IMG/VR virus record: IMGVR_UViG_3300025270_000024
Span: 1-41,420 of that record
DNA: 41,420 bases
Origin: a virus
Taxonomy: Duplodnaviria; Caudoviricetes
Reading direction: 5' to 3' (one strand)
Shown here: one piece after another, positions 1-9,088 of the stretch
Layout of the letters: the number at the start of each line of letters is the position of its first letter
Position numbering within the stretch: the stretch's first letter is position 1
Notes under the pieces: model-generated
Databases searched by the model: none
What the model saw: only the letters and a program-made list of their open reading frames with translations
What the model was told of the DNA's origin: nothing
Position numbers and translations under genes: made by a program

Positions 1-1074
1 TTGCCAGGTGGTGGAAACACTAGTAATCCCGGTATTCCCGGTCAACCAGGCATAGGGGATTTTGGTGAAACAGGGTTCCGGTCTGACAGTCTTCCGCTTT
101 ATCCACCTGAGTACCAAGATCAGTTCACATTAGAAGTGGGAAATGATCCCATTTCACAGATGCAAAACCTCGGAGTTGAGGGGTTATTGCAGGGTGGTGG
201 TCGTATCAGGACTCCCCTGAGTGCACAGACAGACCTTACGTTGTCTGACATTATGGCGTCTGGTGGTGAGTTACCACTTACTGGCGATGAGCAACAGCGT
301 CAGGACTATCTCGACCGAGTGTTATCTGAGGGTGGTATCTCTGATGCCACACCGCTTGAGGATGAAACTCAACAGATTCTCAGGGACATCATTGCCAGTG
401 GTGGACAAAAACCACTTGATGAACAGCGTCGAGCGATGGAAATTGAGTCGGCACGTTCTCCGATTGATGCGTTGAGGAGAGCGCAACTCTCTCAGGGTCA
501 AGCAGCGATGGCCGGTCGTGGCACGCTCGGTCAGGGTCCAGAAGCCGATTACATGCAGCGGGTCGAAACAAAACTGGCCCCCATGTATGCCGATGCTGCT
601 CAACAGATTGCACTGGACGAGAAGGATCGGGAAGACCAGCGATACAACACCGCAATGGCCGCGTTGAGCCAGCAAGCACAGTTCCAACGTGCGTCTGCTG
701 ACCAACGCTATGCAATGGCGCAACAGCTTCGGACGAGTATGACGCTGGATACGGCTCGTCGTCAGGACGATCGACTGGCACAAGCGATTCAGGAGTCATC
801 CAATATCACGACGCAGCAGAGTGCTAATCTGGTCAATACCATTAACGCCATGACGGGGATGCAGCAATTCAGGCAGGATGCTGCCTTTGGTGTGCTTGAT
901 AGAAATGTCCAATGGAATCAGTTCCTTGCAGAGTATGGGTTAGAGAGAGAAAAAGTGTTAAATGCGTTGGATAGTGGGAGATTCGGTGAAATACTTCCGT
1001 TACTCAATGCGTTTCTGACTGCGTTCCAGACAGGAGCCACTGGATTCAGGGAGCAACCAGCATATCGGGTCTAA
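1..1074 (+). CDS. Internal virion/ejection protein, C-terminal part (probably continues the ORF starting at 40570)
   Basis: Open from base 1; Q/A-rich helical ('AQLSQGQAAMAGRGTLGQG'); lies among ejection-protein genes. Confidence 0.6.
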   Translation: MPGGGNTSNPGIPGQPGIGDFGETGFRSDSLPLYPPEYQDQFTLEVGNDPISQMQNLGVEGLLQGGGRIRTPLSAQTDLTLSDIMASGGELPLTGDEQQRQDYLDRVLSEGGISDATPLEDETQQILRDIIASGGQKPLDEQRRAMEIESARSPIDALRRAQLSQGQAAMAGRGTLGQGPEADYMQRVETKLAPMYADAAQQIALDEKDREDQRYNTAMAALSQQAQFQRASADQRYAMAQQLRTSMTLDTARRQDDRLAQAIQESSNITTQQSANLVNTINAMTGMQQFRQDAAFGVLDRNVQWNQFLAEYGLEREKVLNALDSGRFGEILPLLNAFLTAFQTGATGFREQPAYRV

Positions 1075-1085
1075 GGTGAAACAAT

Positions 1086-1457
1086 ATGGCTATAGTCAAT
1101 AATCAACAGGGAATGCGTGGGTCGGGACCGCCGATCAATCCATTTACGGGGTCGGCTCAAACACGACCGGCTCCGATGGCAGCGCAACGTCCACAAATGG
1201 GGGCAGCACCTCCACCCACAATGACTTCTCGTCGGCGTGGAATGCCATCACTTGGACAAATGGGTCAAGGCACTCGTCGTCGGAGAGGTGGAGGGCAAGG
1301 TGGTCAGAAACCTCCTCCGGTTGCACCGCCTGGAATGTCTACGCAACCAGCCCCGATGCCACAGCAAGCACTTCCCTCTCAGTCTGATCCATTCAATCTG
1401 GATTGGGCGTTAGCTCGAAACATGGGGAATGGCGGGTATAGGAACGGAGGATACTAA
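1086..1457 (+). CDS. Low-complexity P/Q/G/M/R-rich protein, putative virion protein
   Basis: AAGGTG RBS; TAATG coupling to the next ORF. Confidence 0.5.
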   Translation: MAIVNNQQGMRGSGPPINPFTGSAQTRPAPMAAQRPQMGAAPPPTMTSRRRGMPSLGQMGQGTRRRRGGGQGGQKPPPVAPPGMSTQPAPMPQQALPSQSDPFNLDWALARNMGNGGYRNGGY

Positions 1458-1705
1458 TGAGTGTCAGGCGTAGATTCGGAGAAGGATTACAGGCGTTTGC
1501 CAGCACGGTAATGGATGCTCGGAAAAACAACGAAGACGACGATGACCTTCAGATTGAAGCTCTTATTCAGGGGTCAGTTCCGAGTAATATCCTGCGTGAT
1601 TTTGACCCGACAAAACTAAGGGAATTAGGTTCTGGCCTGTATCCTGGCAACGATATGAACTCCTTGCTTGACGGTCGGCTGCTTTCTAAGCTCCTCAGGA
1701 AATAA
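1457..1705 (+). CDS. Small putative internal virion protein
   Basis: GGAGG RBS; N-terminus resembles that of the next ORF. Confidence 0.5.
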   Translation: MSVRRRFGEGLQAFASTVMDARKNNEDDDDLQIEALIQGSVPSNILRDFDPTKLRELGSGLYPGNDMNSLLDGRLLSKLLRK

Positions 1706-1709
1706 GACT

Positions 1710-3590
1710 ATGGCTGTGGGACGACGAATCGGTAACGCAATTCTTAAGGCGATGGAAGCTGGAACTGCTGCAATGGAAATGCAGCAGAAGCAAAAAGAAT
1801 CTAAGGCTCTTGAGCGGTATAGAAATGCTCAGGCAGCGCATCTTGAGCGTCAGGGCGGTTTCCTCGATAGACTTGCTGATACCTATAATGAGGATCTTCC
1901 ATCTCGCGGTGGAATGATTTCCGATGCTCGTTTAGTGACTGGTCAACCTATAAATTTGGGCAGGTCATTGCCTTTACCGTCCATTTCGCCTCCTCAACTC
2001 AGTCATGGCGATATGATTTCACTCCAAGATCCACGCCACGGTCCTCCCTCTCTCCCGTCATTGACTCCAGTGGGGACTCCACCAGCGCAGGTTGCCCCTG
2101 CTACAAGCACAGCGGCCAGTCCAACTGGACTACCTCAAGGGCAGCAGGAATTTAGATTTATGCGGTCTGGAAGCCCTGAAGCAATGCAGATTGCCATGAA
2201 TGCGTCCGGTGATGGAACGAGTGTGGTCGGTGGACTTCCCTCGTCTACGTTCGGAGCGCAGCAACCAGATTTCCGGTCAGGTGTCACCGCGAGGTTGCCA
2301 ATCGTGCCTCAAGATTTTGAGTTACCGACTCAGTTTGACGCAACAAATGATCTGCGTAGGAGGTTTGCTTCTCTAGGAGGAGTGACTGGTGTAGATGCAG
2401 CATTTCCTAGAGATGAGACTCAAGCATGGCAGGTTCAAATGCCATTCATAGAAAAACTTACGACAGGGTTTGCAGATATGCTGACGGCTGGCCCCACAAA
2501 GATGGACTATACGAATGCTCGTGGGAACCAGGAAACCAGTTACCAGAACCTTGATCTTCTTGTTAACAGCGGAGCGGCCAGAGGGCTTTTTCGTGTCCCT
2601 CAGTTAAGAGCGATGTTTGAAGGAATGGGTATTTCTGAAGGCAATTTCCTGTCGTCGTCTGAGTTAAATACGCAACAAATGATGCAGGGTGCCACCAGCG
2701 ATCAGATTATTCAGTCAGAATCGAATCGTGCGATGGACGCACATAATCCATTGCAACGAGCAATGCTCGGCAATCCGATTGGCGGTATACAGGTATCGGA
2801 AGGCCCGTTAGGAAACGTCGTTACGACACAAACGCTTCCAGAATTTGATCGTCGCGTGCTGCAAAATATGATTCCTCTAGGGAATGTTGTGCAGAGAATC
2901 GGTGAACTTGCTACTGATCTGAATCTCGAAGAGGGTCGTTTTATCGCTGGATTAGCTGGTGTTGGTCAGAGCATAGATTCATGGTGGGGAACATCCTTCT
3001 TTACTCCTGAAGTCGAGCCGATGACGCAACAGCAAGTTAGTGAGTTATGGGACAGCATGAATCCGGGTAGTTCAGAATCGGAAAAACAGCAAGGGTTAGC
3101 AAGGATTCAATTGTTGACGAGCTTGCGTCATGCTTATGCGGGAATCTTCGCTGAACTCGGTGGGGAGCGCGGTCGAAAGACAGAGGATGATGTGAAGCGT
3201 GCCTTACGGATGGTACCGGGGGCTGGAGAAACACAAGAATATACCGTCATGCTATTGGATAATTTATTCAGGAATATGGTGAACACCTATTACGGGATTG
3301 TATCTGGTCCGATTGGTGTCTTGGGAGGTGGTCAGGGATTGACGAATCCTGAGTTTAGTACAGGTGGGATGCCGATAGGGGGAGATCGTGGTATTGCCTT
3401 ACAGGATAGTTTAATGGCTGTACCGGGCAGCATGATTGATCAGATTGAGCAAAGAACAAGGAACCCGTGGATCAATAAACCAGGGGGCGTTCCTCCTGAG
3501 GGATCTTTTTATGGTAAGCCTGTCGATGCCACGCAGGATAGCGGTCAAGGGCCGGGAAGAAGTGGCGCTCAGAGACAAGACAGGCCATAA
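1710..3590 (+). CDS. Large internal virion/ejection protein
   Basis: ATG at 1710 after AGGA; long ORF; position before the transglycosylase gene. Confidence 0.6.
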   Translation: MAVGRRIGNAILKAMEAGTAAMEMQQKQKESKALERYRNAQAAHLERQGGFLDRLADTYNEDLPSRGGMISDARLVTGQPINLGRSLPLPSISPPQLSHGDMISLQDPRHGPPSLPSLTPVGTPPAQVAPATSTAASPTGLPQGQQEFRFMRSGSPEAMQIAMNASGDGTSVVGGLPSSTFGAQQPDFRSGVTARLPIVPQDFELPTQFDATNDLRRRFASLGGVTGVDAAFPRDETQAWQVQMPFIEKLTTGFADMLTAGPTKMDYTNARGNQETSYQNLDLLVNSGAARGLFRVPQLRAMFEGMGISEGNFLSSSELNTQQMMQGATSDQIIQSESNRAMDAHNPLQRAMLGNPIGGIQVSEGPLGNVVTTQTLPEFDRRVLQNMIPLGNVVQRIGELATDLNLEEGRFIAGLAGVGQSIDSWWGTSFFTPEVEPMTQQQVSELWDSMNPGSSESEKQQGLARIQLLTSLRHAYAGIFAELGGERGRKTEDDVKRALRMVPGAGETQEYTVMLLDNLFRNMVNTYYGIVSGPIGVLGGGQGLTNPEFSTGGMPIGGDRGIALQDSLMAVPGSMIDQIEQRTRNPWINKPGGVPPEGSFYGKPVDATQDSGQGPGRSGAQRQDRP

Positions 3591-3595
3591 GTATC

Positions 3596-5809
3596 GTGTC
3601 TAGTAAGGATCAAGAGCAGTATCAGGGGTTGGTATCAAAGTATGCGGGGCAGTTTAATGTTCCGTATGACTTGGCTCTTGCGGTGCTTGAAACGGAGTCC
3701 AGTTATCGACCTGATGCGGAATCTGAGAAGGGCGCTAAGGGGTTATTTCAACTCATGCCCTTTATCATCAATACGTATGGTGTTACTGACCCCTTTGATC
3801 CTGATCAGAATGTTAGAGCGGGAGTCCAGCATCTCGGAGTGTTGTTGAGTAAGTATGAAGACCCTTCTATTGCGATTGCTGCGTATAACGCGGGAGAACC
3901 TGCGGTAAATCAGGCCGGTGGGATTCCTCCGTTTCCAGAAACGCAAAGCTACGTGCAGAAAGTAACGACCGCAAGGAATAGATTGATGCAGGGTCAGGGA
4001 GGCGGTGGGACAGTGGCTCAAGAACGAGGATATTGGGAGGAATGGATTTACCCTACGCAGCGTCTTGGAAGTGAGAACATGCGAGATGATGAAGGGAATC
4101 CGCTTCCGCAGGATCATCCAGATCGTCAGGGGATTTTAATTTCGTGGGAGGGAACGGCGAATGACGGCCCTTCTGACGATCAAATCGGTCAGATTTTCAA
4201 AGAAGTTGACCCTGAAGGCATGATTACGCGAGAGGATGCAGCCAGTATTGCTGCGCTTGGGGCATCTGTGGCACCGGGGACGGCTAAGTTTGCTGCCCGA
4301 CGCGCCCGTGACCTGAAAACACTTCTTGGTGGGGCGGCGAGAGCTACGGTTGCGGGTGGACGCATGGTGCCTGGTGTTGGGTGGGCGTTACCTGCCATAG
4401 CTGGTGTTGCTGGAGCGGGGGGCGAATACTACCGTCAGACGCAAGTGCCTAAAGAAGTGGCGGGTTTTGAGATAGAAAGCTGGCCTCGTTCTCAGTTTGG
4501 AATGCACTATGAGGGTGCGCCTGATACTCCGTGGGAGTCTGCCTACTCGATGGTCGTAAAAGGTGGTCAGGAGGCTCTCGGTGAGGGTCTTGGCGGGATG
4601 GCTGCTTCGGCAGTCAGAGGGGCTGGTCGGTGGTTAAAGGGGACAGGTTTCAATAGAAATGAGTTGCTAGGGATGGATGAGGCCAGCGCCCTACGGACTG
4701 GAGGAAGAGGAAATATAAGGAGGGAGTTAGCGGAAACAGGTACGAGTCCAACACCTGCGTCTGTTGCTAGGGCAAACAGAGCCGCATCACTTGGCAATGA
4801 GAGCGCCAGTGCGATTATAAAAGAGTCCGAAGAAGCACTTGGGCCTATTTCGATCAATACGGAGAGAATGATTGACGATGTTTATACTGATCTTGGAGGC
4901 ACGACCAATCGAGTAGAGATTAAGCGTGCGATTGAGTCGCTTAATCTTCCTCGCGCTACTGATAGGATTTTGGGTGGAATCCTTGATACTCAAACAACAA
5001 GAGGCGCTACGAGGGTCGTTAGTCCATCGCGTCTTGAGTCTCTACCACTCTCTCCAGGGAGGGCGAGTGGATACCCGTCGTTTAATGTTATTCCAGCCGT
5101 AACGGAAACAACCCCCGATGTAATAAGGAATCTCCCTCTTGGGCGGGCAAATCGGATGCGTATATCCGCAAACGAGGATGCTTTTAAGTATTACAGAGCG
5201 GCTCAGGAGGCAGGGCAGGTCAATGTTGCTGGTGATGCTGAAGTGTTTGGTTCTCTTGGTCGCGTTCTGAGAAACCATATTTACGACGCAATGAAAGAAG
5301 CGGAAAAGCGAGGCGGTTTACTGCGTCGAACAGGTCGTCGTCCAAGGAATCGTGGCCGTCGATTTGCAGATCGATGGAGTAGCCAGGTTAAAAATGCAGG
5401 TCAATGGTTACGGGTAAAGAACCTCGCTAAAGTGTCTTCGCGTTCTCCGGTAGGAGGATTGATGGCTGGAGGTTTAGCGTTTGGTGGCCCGTCTATGGTG
5501 GGAACAGCGATGGGTTCCCCCGGTGCTGGCATAGGTATGGGGGCGGCATTAGCTCAGTTGTCTCCGACAGTGAGGTCATTAGAAGGGGGCGCGTTGTATA
5601 AAGGTGCTGGTGCGATGGGAATGGCCCCAATTCAAGGGATGCGTGGGGCGAATATTGGAGGACAGTTTGACTCGAATACTCGCCAGCAAAATCCTCGTAT
5701 CAACTATGACAGCTTCGGAGTAACCCCTCCATCTTTTAACATGCAGAATTTCCCTACGGTGATAGGGTCTGGAACCGGGCCTGTCTCCCCTGTGAGAAGA
5801 AGGCGGTAG
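3596..5809 (+). CDS. Internal virion protein with N-terminal SLT lytic transglycosylase domain
   Basis: SLT motifs 'ETESSY', 'GAKGLFQLMP', 'AAYNAGE', 'FPETQSYV'; G/A-rich hydrophobic segments downstream. Confidence 0.88.
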   Translation: MSSKDQEQYQGLVSKYAGQFNVPYDLALAVLETESSYRPDAESEKGAKGLFQLMPFIINTYGVTDPFDPDQNVRAGVQHLGVLLSKYEDPSIAIAAYNAGEPAVNQAGGIPPFPETQSYVQKVTTARNRLMQGQGGGGTVAQERGYWEEWIYPTQRLGSENMRDDEGNPLPQDHPDRQGILISWEGTANDGPSDDQIGQIFKEVDPEGMITREDAASIAALGASVAPGTAKFAARRARDLKTLLGGAARATVAGGRMVPGVGWALPAIAGVAGAGGEYYRQTQVPKEVAGFEIESWPRSQFGMHYEGAPDTPWESAYSMVVKGGQEALGEGLGGMAASAVRGAGRWLKGTGFNRNELLGMDEASALRTGGRGNIRRELAETGTSPTPASVARANRAASLGNESASAIIKESEEALGPISINTERMIDDVYTDLGGTTNRVEIKRAIESLNLPRATDRILGGILDTQTTRGATRVVSPSRLESLPLSPGRASGYPSFNVIPAVTETTPDVIRNLPLGRANRMRISANEDAFKYYRAAQEAGQVNVAGDAEVFGSLGRVLRNHIYDAMKEAEKRGGLLRRTGRRPRNRGRRFADRWSSQVKNAGQWLRVKNLAKVSSRSPVGGLMAGGLAFGGPSMVGTAMGSPGAGIGMGAALAQLSPTVRSLEGGALYKGAGAMGMAPIQGMRGANIGGQFDSNTRQQNPRINYDSFGVTPPSFNMQNFPTVIGSGTGPVSPVRRRR

Positions 5810-5815
5810 GGTGCG

Positions 5816-6025
5816 ATGGCTCCTGACAATGGGTGGAATGAATACCAGCGGCATGTGTTGGCTGAGTTAAAGCGATTAGACTCCACCTTGAATCAGGTGC
5901 AGGATGATGTAGCCGAGATACGCTTGCATGTTGAGGTGCTACGGCAAAAGGCGGTCACATGGGGCGCGTTAGGCGGGTTTATTGTATGGTTGACCACGGT
6001 ACTTGGCACGGCGGTAATGCAGTAA
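5816..6025 (+). CDS. Coiled-coil protein with C-terminal TM helix (XhlA/holin-like)
   Basis: Heptad pattern followed by 'WGALGGFIVWLTTVLG'. Confidence 0.55.
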   Translation: MAPDNGWNEYQRHVLAELKRLDSTLNQVQDDVAEIRLHVEVLRQKAVTWGALGGFIVWLTTVLGTAVMQ

Positions 6026-6044
6026 CCGTAGAAAGGTGAATCCG

Positions 6045-6212
6045 ATGAAAGCATGGTGGAAATCAAAGACGTTCTGGCTCAACATTGCGACACTCGGCGT
6101 GGCCTCGGCCATAGAGCAACCCAATCCAGAAGTCCTCGGACAAGCACTGGCCGTGGCGAATATTGTGCTGCGCTTTTTCACGCGCACCTCTATCGGAGCC
6201 AGTGACGGCTAA
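6045..6212 (+). CDS. Small membrane protein, putative holin (55 aa, not in ORF track)
   Basis: MKAWWKSKTFWLNIATLGVASAIEQPNPEVLGQALAVANIVLRFFTRTSIGASDG; AAAGGTG RBS; two hydrophobic segments. Confidence 0.65.
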   Translation: MKAWWKSKTFWLNIATLGVASAIEQPNPEVLGQALAVANIVLRFFTRTSIGASDG

Positions 6213-6227
6213 TCCTGTTTCAAAATT

Positions 6228-6458
6228 TTAACCAGGGCGTTTTACCGATTGATTAGGGATACTCCATACGGCTACAGGTTCATGTGTTGGTTGACGAAAT
6301 GGTCTATCCAGTATTCCATCCCAATGAAGCCAACCGCCATCTCTATGAGGCAAAAGGTGTCCATCACATACCTTGCACTTCACTAATACATCCTTATGGT
6401 TCTTCCGAGCCTCCAGCCATCGCTCCTCTGTTGATTTTGTGCAGTCTGTAATGCTCAT
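6228..6458 (-). CDS. Hypothetical protein with CxxC motif
   Basis: ORF at the end of the leftward operon. Confidence 0.4.
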   Translation of the reverse strand: MSITDCTKSTEERWLEARKNHKDVLVKCKVCDGHLLPHRDGGWLHWDGILDRPFRQPTHEPVAVWSIPNQSVKRPG

Positions 6459-6464
6459 TATGCT

Positions 6465-6986
6465 TTACCATTCATGTCCACACTGAGGACAGGTGGTGAC
6501 TTTCTTTGTGGGAGTGCTGGAGCCTTTGACATGCTCCCGCACCTGTTCCCGTGTCCATCCATCTTCAGCCGCTTGGCGCAGGACTGACTGGCGTTCATCG
6601 CGGTTCTTAATGGGCGCGGCCTCACGATGGTGACTCCATGAGACATCAGCATTCCGTTCCTCGATAGGGTATTGCTTGGAGATATGCATCGCTTGAGTCA
6701 GGGTGCTATAGGACTTCTGCGTGAGGTCGAGAGCTTGGGTATACATTTCCCCCCAATCGCCACGGGAATCCCCGTAGGCCAGTAAGTCTCCAAGCGTCCA
6801 CATGCTGGAGTTCGCTATTGACTGGCAATTTTTCAACCCGTCACAAAATTCATCAAGCGTGATGTCCTCACTGATGACCGCTCCGGTTGGTGTCATCAGG
6901 ATACCCGCCGTTAATCTAAGTGCCTGGGCATCAGGTCGTGGCGCAACAACGCCAGTGGGGTCTGTGACCAGTGAAATCTCTGTCAT
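6465..6986 (-). CDS. LmbU-like DNA-binding/regulatory protein
   Basis: 'WTLGDLLAYG...Y..A..LT...YSTL...SWSHHREAA' pattern; C-terminal CPQCG; AAGGAG RBS. Confidence 0.7.
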   Translation of the reverse strand: MTEISLVTDPTGVVAPRPDAQALRLTAGILMTPTGAVISEDITLDEFCDGLKNCQSIANSSMWTLGDLLAYGDSRGDWGEMYTQALDLTQKSYSTLTQAMHISKQYPIEERNADVSWSHHREAAPIKNRDERQSVLRQAAEDGWTREQVREHVKGSSTPTKKVTTCPQCGHEW

Positions 6987-7059
6987 GGGTTCTCCTTAAG
7001 GGGGTGCTTATTCTTTTTTTTAACACCCTGTAAAGTGGGTTAGTTCTGATTTTCTAACC

Positions 7060-7305
7060 TTAGTTTTGATCGTTAGAGCGAGTTTCTTCTAGGGCTGGAA
7101 TCTGACCCTGTTCAATCAGCCGTTCAATTTCCGTTAATTGGATACGTACTACCCGTCCGAGTCGCACCACGCCGACTTTACGTTTAGCGATCCACGCTCG
7201 AAGCGTATGTGGCGAAAGCTGTAGAATGCGACTGGCTTGCTGAACGGTAAACAAAATACCCTGCTTGAGTTGATGCCTGTTACTTGAATCTGTATCGAGT
7301 GCCAT
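7060..7305 (-). CDS. Excisionase-like HTH_17 DNA-binding protein
   Basis: 'LFTVQQASRILQLSPHTLRAWI...VRLGRVVRI'; GGAGG before ATG 7305. Confidence 0.8.
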   Translation of the reverse strand: MALDTDSSNRHQLKQGILFTVQQASRILQLSPHTLRAWIAKRKVGVVRLGRVVRIQLTEIERLIEQGQIPALEETRSNDQN

Positions 7306-7319
7306 CTGATCCTCCAATT

Positions 7320-7646
7320 TCAGTTGTTCGTATCTATCGCCTCGGCAATGCTATGCCCAAGCTCCACATAAAATTTATCCAGTGTCTTGATCAGTTCTAC
7401 GATGTCGTCGGTGTCCCTGAGAATGACCACAGGGGTTCCCGTCCATGTGAAATGCCACTCTGTTTGCAGGGGATTGAGCCTCCCCTTCGCACTTTTTATC
7501 TCGGCCAGTATGGTGAACGAGCGATACCCGATGCAGATATCAGGAACACCCTTCCCAAGATCGGCCAAGCTGAACACCGTGACCCCTGGGATTTTCCTGA
7601 GCGCGGCAACTAGTTCTTTGTGATTTTTATCAACCCGTTTTGCCAT
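7320..7646 (-). CDS. VRR-NUC / Holliday junction resolvase-like nuclease
   Basis: 'VDKNHKELV...GKGVPDI...AEIKS..GRL.PLQ..W'. Confidence 0.8.
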   Translation of the reverse strand: MAKRVDKNHKELVAALRKIPGVTVFSLADLGKGVPDICIGYRSFTILAEIKSAKGRLNPLQTEWHFTWTGTPVVILRDTDDIVELIKTLDKFYVELGHSIAEAIDTNN

Positions 7647-7681
7647 TTGAAATTTTATGATACCCGTCTTACCGATTGATG

Positions 7682-7960
7682 CTAGGGCATTTTACTGGCG
7701 ATTCTATTGAGAGCGTCCACAATACGCTCCAGTTTTCGGTCAATCTTTTCGAGGTTCTCCAGTGAGTCCCTGACGCCTGGGTTCCACGATCCACCGTCTA
7801 GCGCGTGTTCTATGCCTTCAAGCACCCGAATCATTCGCTCTTGGTTTTCTAGGGATTGTTGCTTCTGTATAAATGCTTCTGATTCCTTGTGGATACGCTC
7901 TGCGTCCTTGTGGACACGCTCTTTAATGTCGAATACCTCTTGTGGACTCAATTTAGCCAT
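7682..7960 (-). CDS. Coiled-coil hypothetical protein
   Basis: AAAGGAG RBS; heptad-rich. Confidence 0.5.
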   Translation of the reverse strand: MAKLSPQEVFDIKERVHKDAERIHKESEAFIQKQQSLENQERMIRVLEGIEHALDGGSWNPGVRDSLENLEKIDRKLERIVDALNRIASKMP

Positions 7961-7997
7961 TGTTTCTCCTTTATGTGGTTGAGTGTTTTATGTCCAG

Positions 7998-8789
7998 TTA
8001 CGCCTCGCAGTATCCGCTACATTCTTCGCCAAATAATTCAATCTGGTCTTCCTGTAAATACACCTCATCGAGCGGTTTACAGGAGCGATGCACGTAGGGT
8101 TTCCCGTCGAGCTTGCTGAATACAAATGACTCTCTGACTTCCTTGTCGAATGCCACGACATCGTTCCATTCTTCTGGCCGCTCTCGCTTCATGTCCAAAA
8201 AATACCGATTGCTGTGATAAGGGCAACCGATACAGCTTGACTTCATGGGTAACGGAAGGTCGTGCTTTTCTATGTACCGCTTACAGGATTCCCGATTCCA
8301 CCCAAGTTCAATCAATGGATACCGATGGACAGTGTTGGTTTCCCGACTGGGTTTCATTCGTTGTGCTTCATCGGTCGAAATGCCTATCCACATTCCAATG
8401 TGGTCTTTAAGTCTTTGTTTTGGTTTATAACCCAACCGTTTTCGCAGTTCCTGACGAATGGGTTTGATTTTGTAATCGTCCGTGCATTGACGCTTGGTCA
8501 TGCCTATATCCCCTGCGTCGTCACGGGTGAACAACGGGATATCCATAGCGCCACGATTACTTCGGATTGAGCCTTTTGTGATGGTTACCACTTCAATACC
8601 ATATTTCTCAGCATACTCAGTCATAAAACGTACGTGATCTGTGACTGCAACGGGTTCCCATTGGGTGTCAGCAAAGATAGCGACATCTGGACGCATCCTA
8701 TCTGGAAGGTCGTTATGGCACGCGGCCAGTAGCAATGCGCTCGATTGAACTCCCCCTCCGTAACTCAAACACTTGTACGGTTGTGTCAT
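7998..8789 (-). CDS. PAPS-reductase-like PP-loop (adenine nucleotide alpha hydrolase) protein
   Basis: 'SYGGGVQS', 'FADTQWE', 'RQCT..YKI.PI', 'YPL', 'KSSCIGCPY', C-terminal 'CSGYC'. Confidence 0.8.
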   Translation of the reverse strand: MTQPYKCLSYGGGVQSSALLLAACHNDLPDRMRPDVAIFADTQWEPVAVTDHVRFMTEYAEKYGIEVVTITKGSIRSNRGAMDIPLFTRDDAGDIGMTKRQCTDDYKIKPIRQELRKRLGYKPKQRLKDHIGMWIGISTDEAQRMKPSRETNTVHRYPLIELGWNRESCKRYIEKHDLPLPMKSSCIGCPYHSNRYFLDMKRERPEEWNDVVAFDKEVRESFVFSKLDGKPYVHRSCKPLDEVYLQEDQIELFGEECSGYCEA

Positions 8790-9079
8790 TGTTCTATCTT
8801 AATACGATGCTCGGTCACATCACGATGGCATTTCCTGTGCAACATGACACAGTTCTCCAGACTAAAGAGTTCTTCAATCGGTCGGCCTCGCAGTTGAGCG
8901 CGGCTTTTCAGTTCGTGCATTTCAGGGGTCTGCTCTCCTGTTCCGAATATCTCCCCGCAGACACGACATCTCCTGTCACGCATTGACACCAATAGTCGTA
9001 TCTTGGCGATATGTGCCTTGCGACGAGCCTTCTGAGCCGCCTTCTCTTTTTTCCGAGGTTCTAGTTTTGGGAATTGCAT
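8786..9079 (-). CDS. Small HNH endonuclease
   Basis: 'RD..CRVCG...MHE...ENCVMLHRKCH...T'; no SD upstream of the ATG. Confidence 0.75.
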   Translation of the reverse strand: MQFPKLEPRKKEKAAQKARRKAHIAKIRLLVSMRDRRCRVCGEIFGTGEQTPEMHELKSRAQLRGRPIEELFSLENCVMLHRKCHRDVTEHRIKIEQ

Positions 9080-9088
9080 GAGATTGGT

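Noticed and set aside
280-289. ACTGGCGATG match on the + strand
   Set aside because: Inside a coding region with no SD upstream; likely chance.
6999-7029. Terminator-like GGGTG...CACCC
   Set aside because: Short stem with a long loop and the T-run inside the loop; not convincing.
7060-7305. Evidence for an integrating prophage
   Set aside because: An excisionase-like HTH alone is insufficient; no integrase, att site or host genes were seen.
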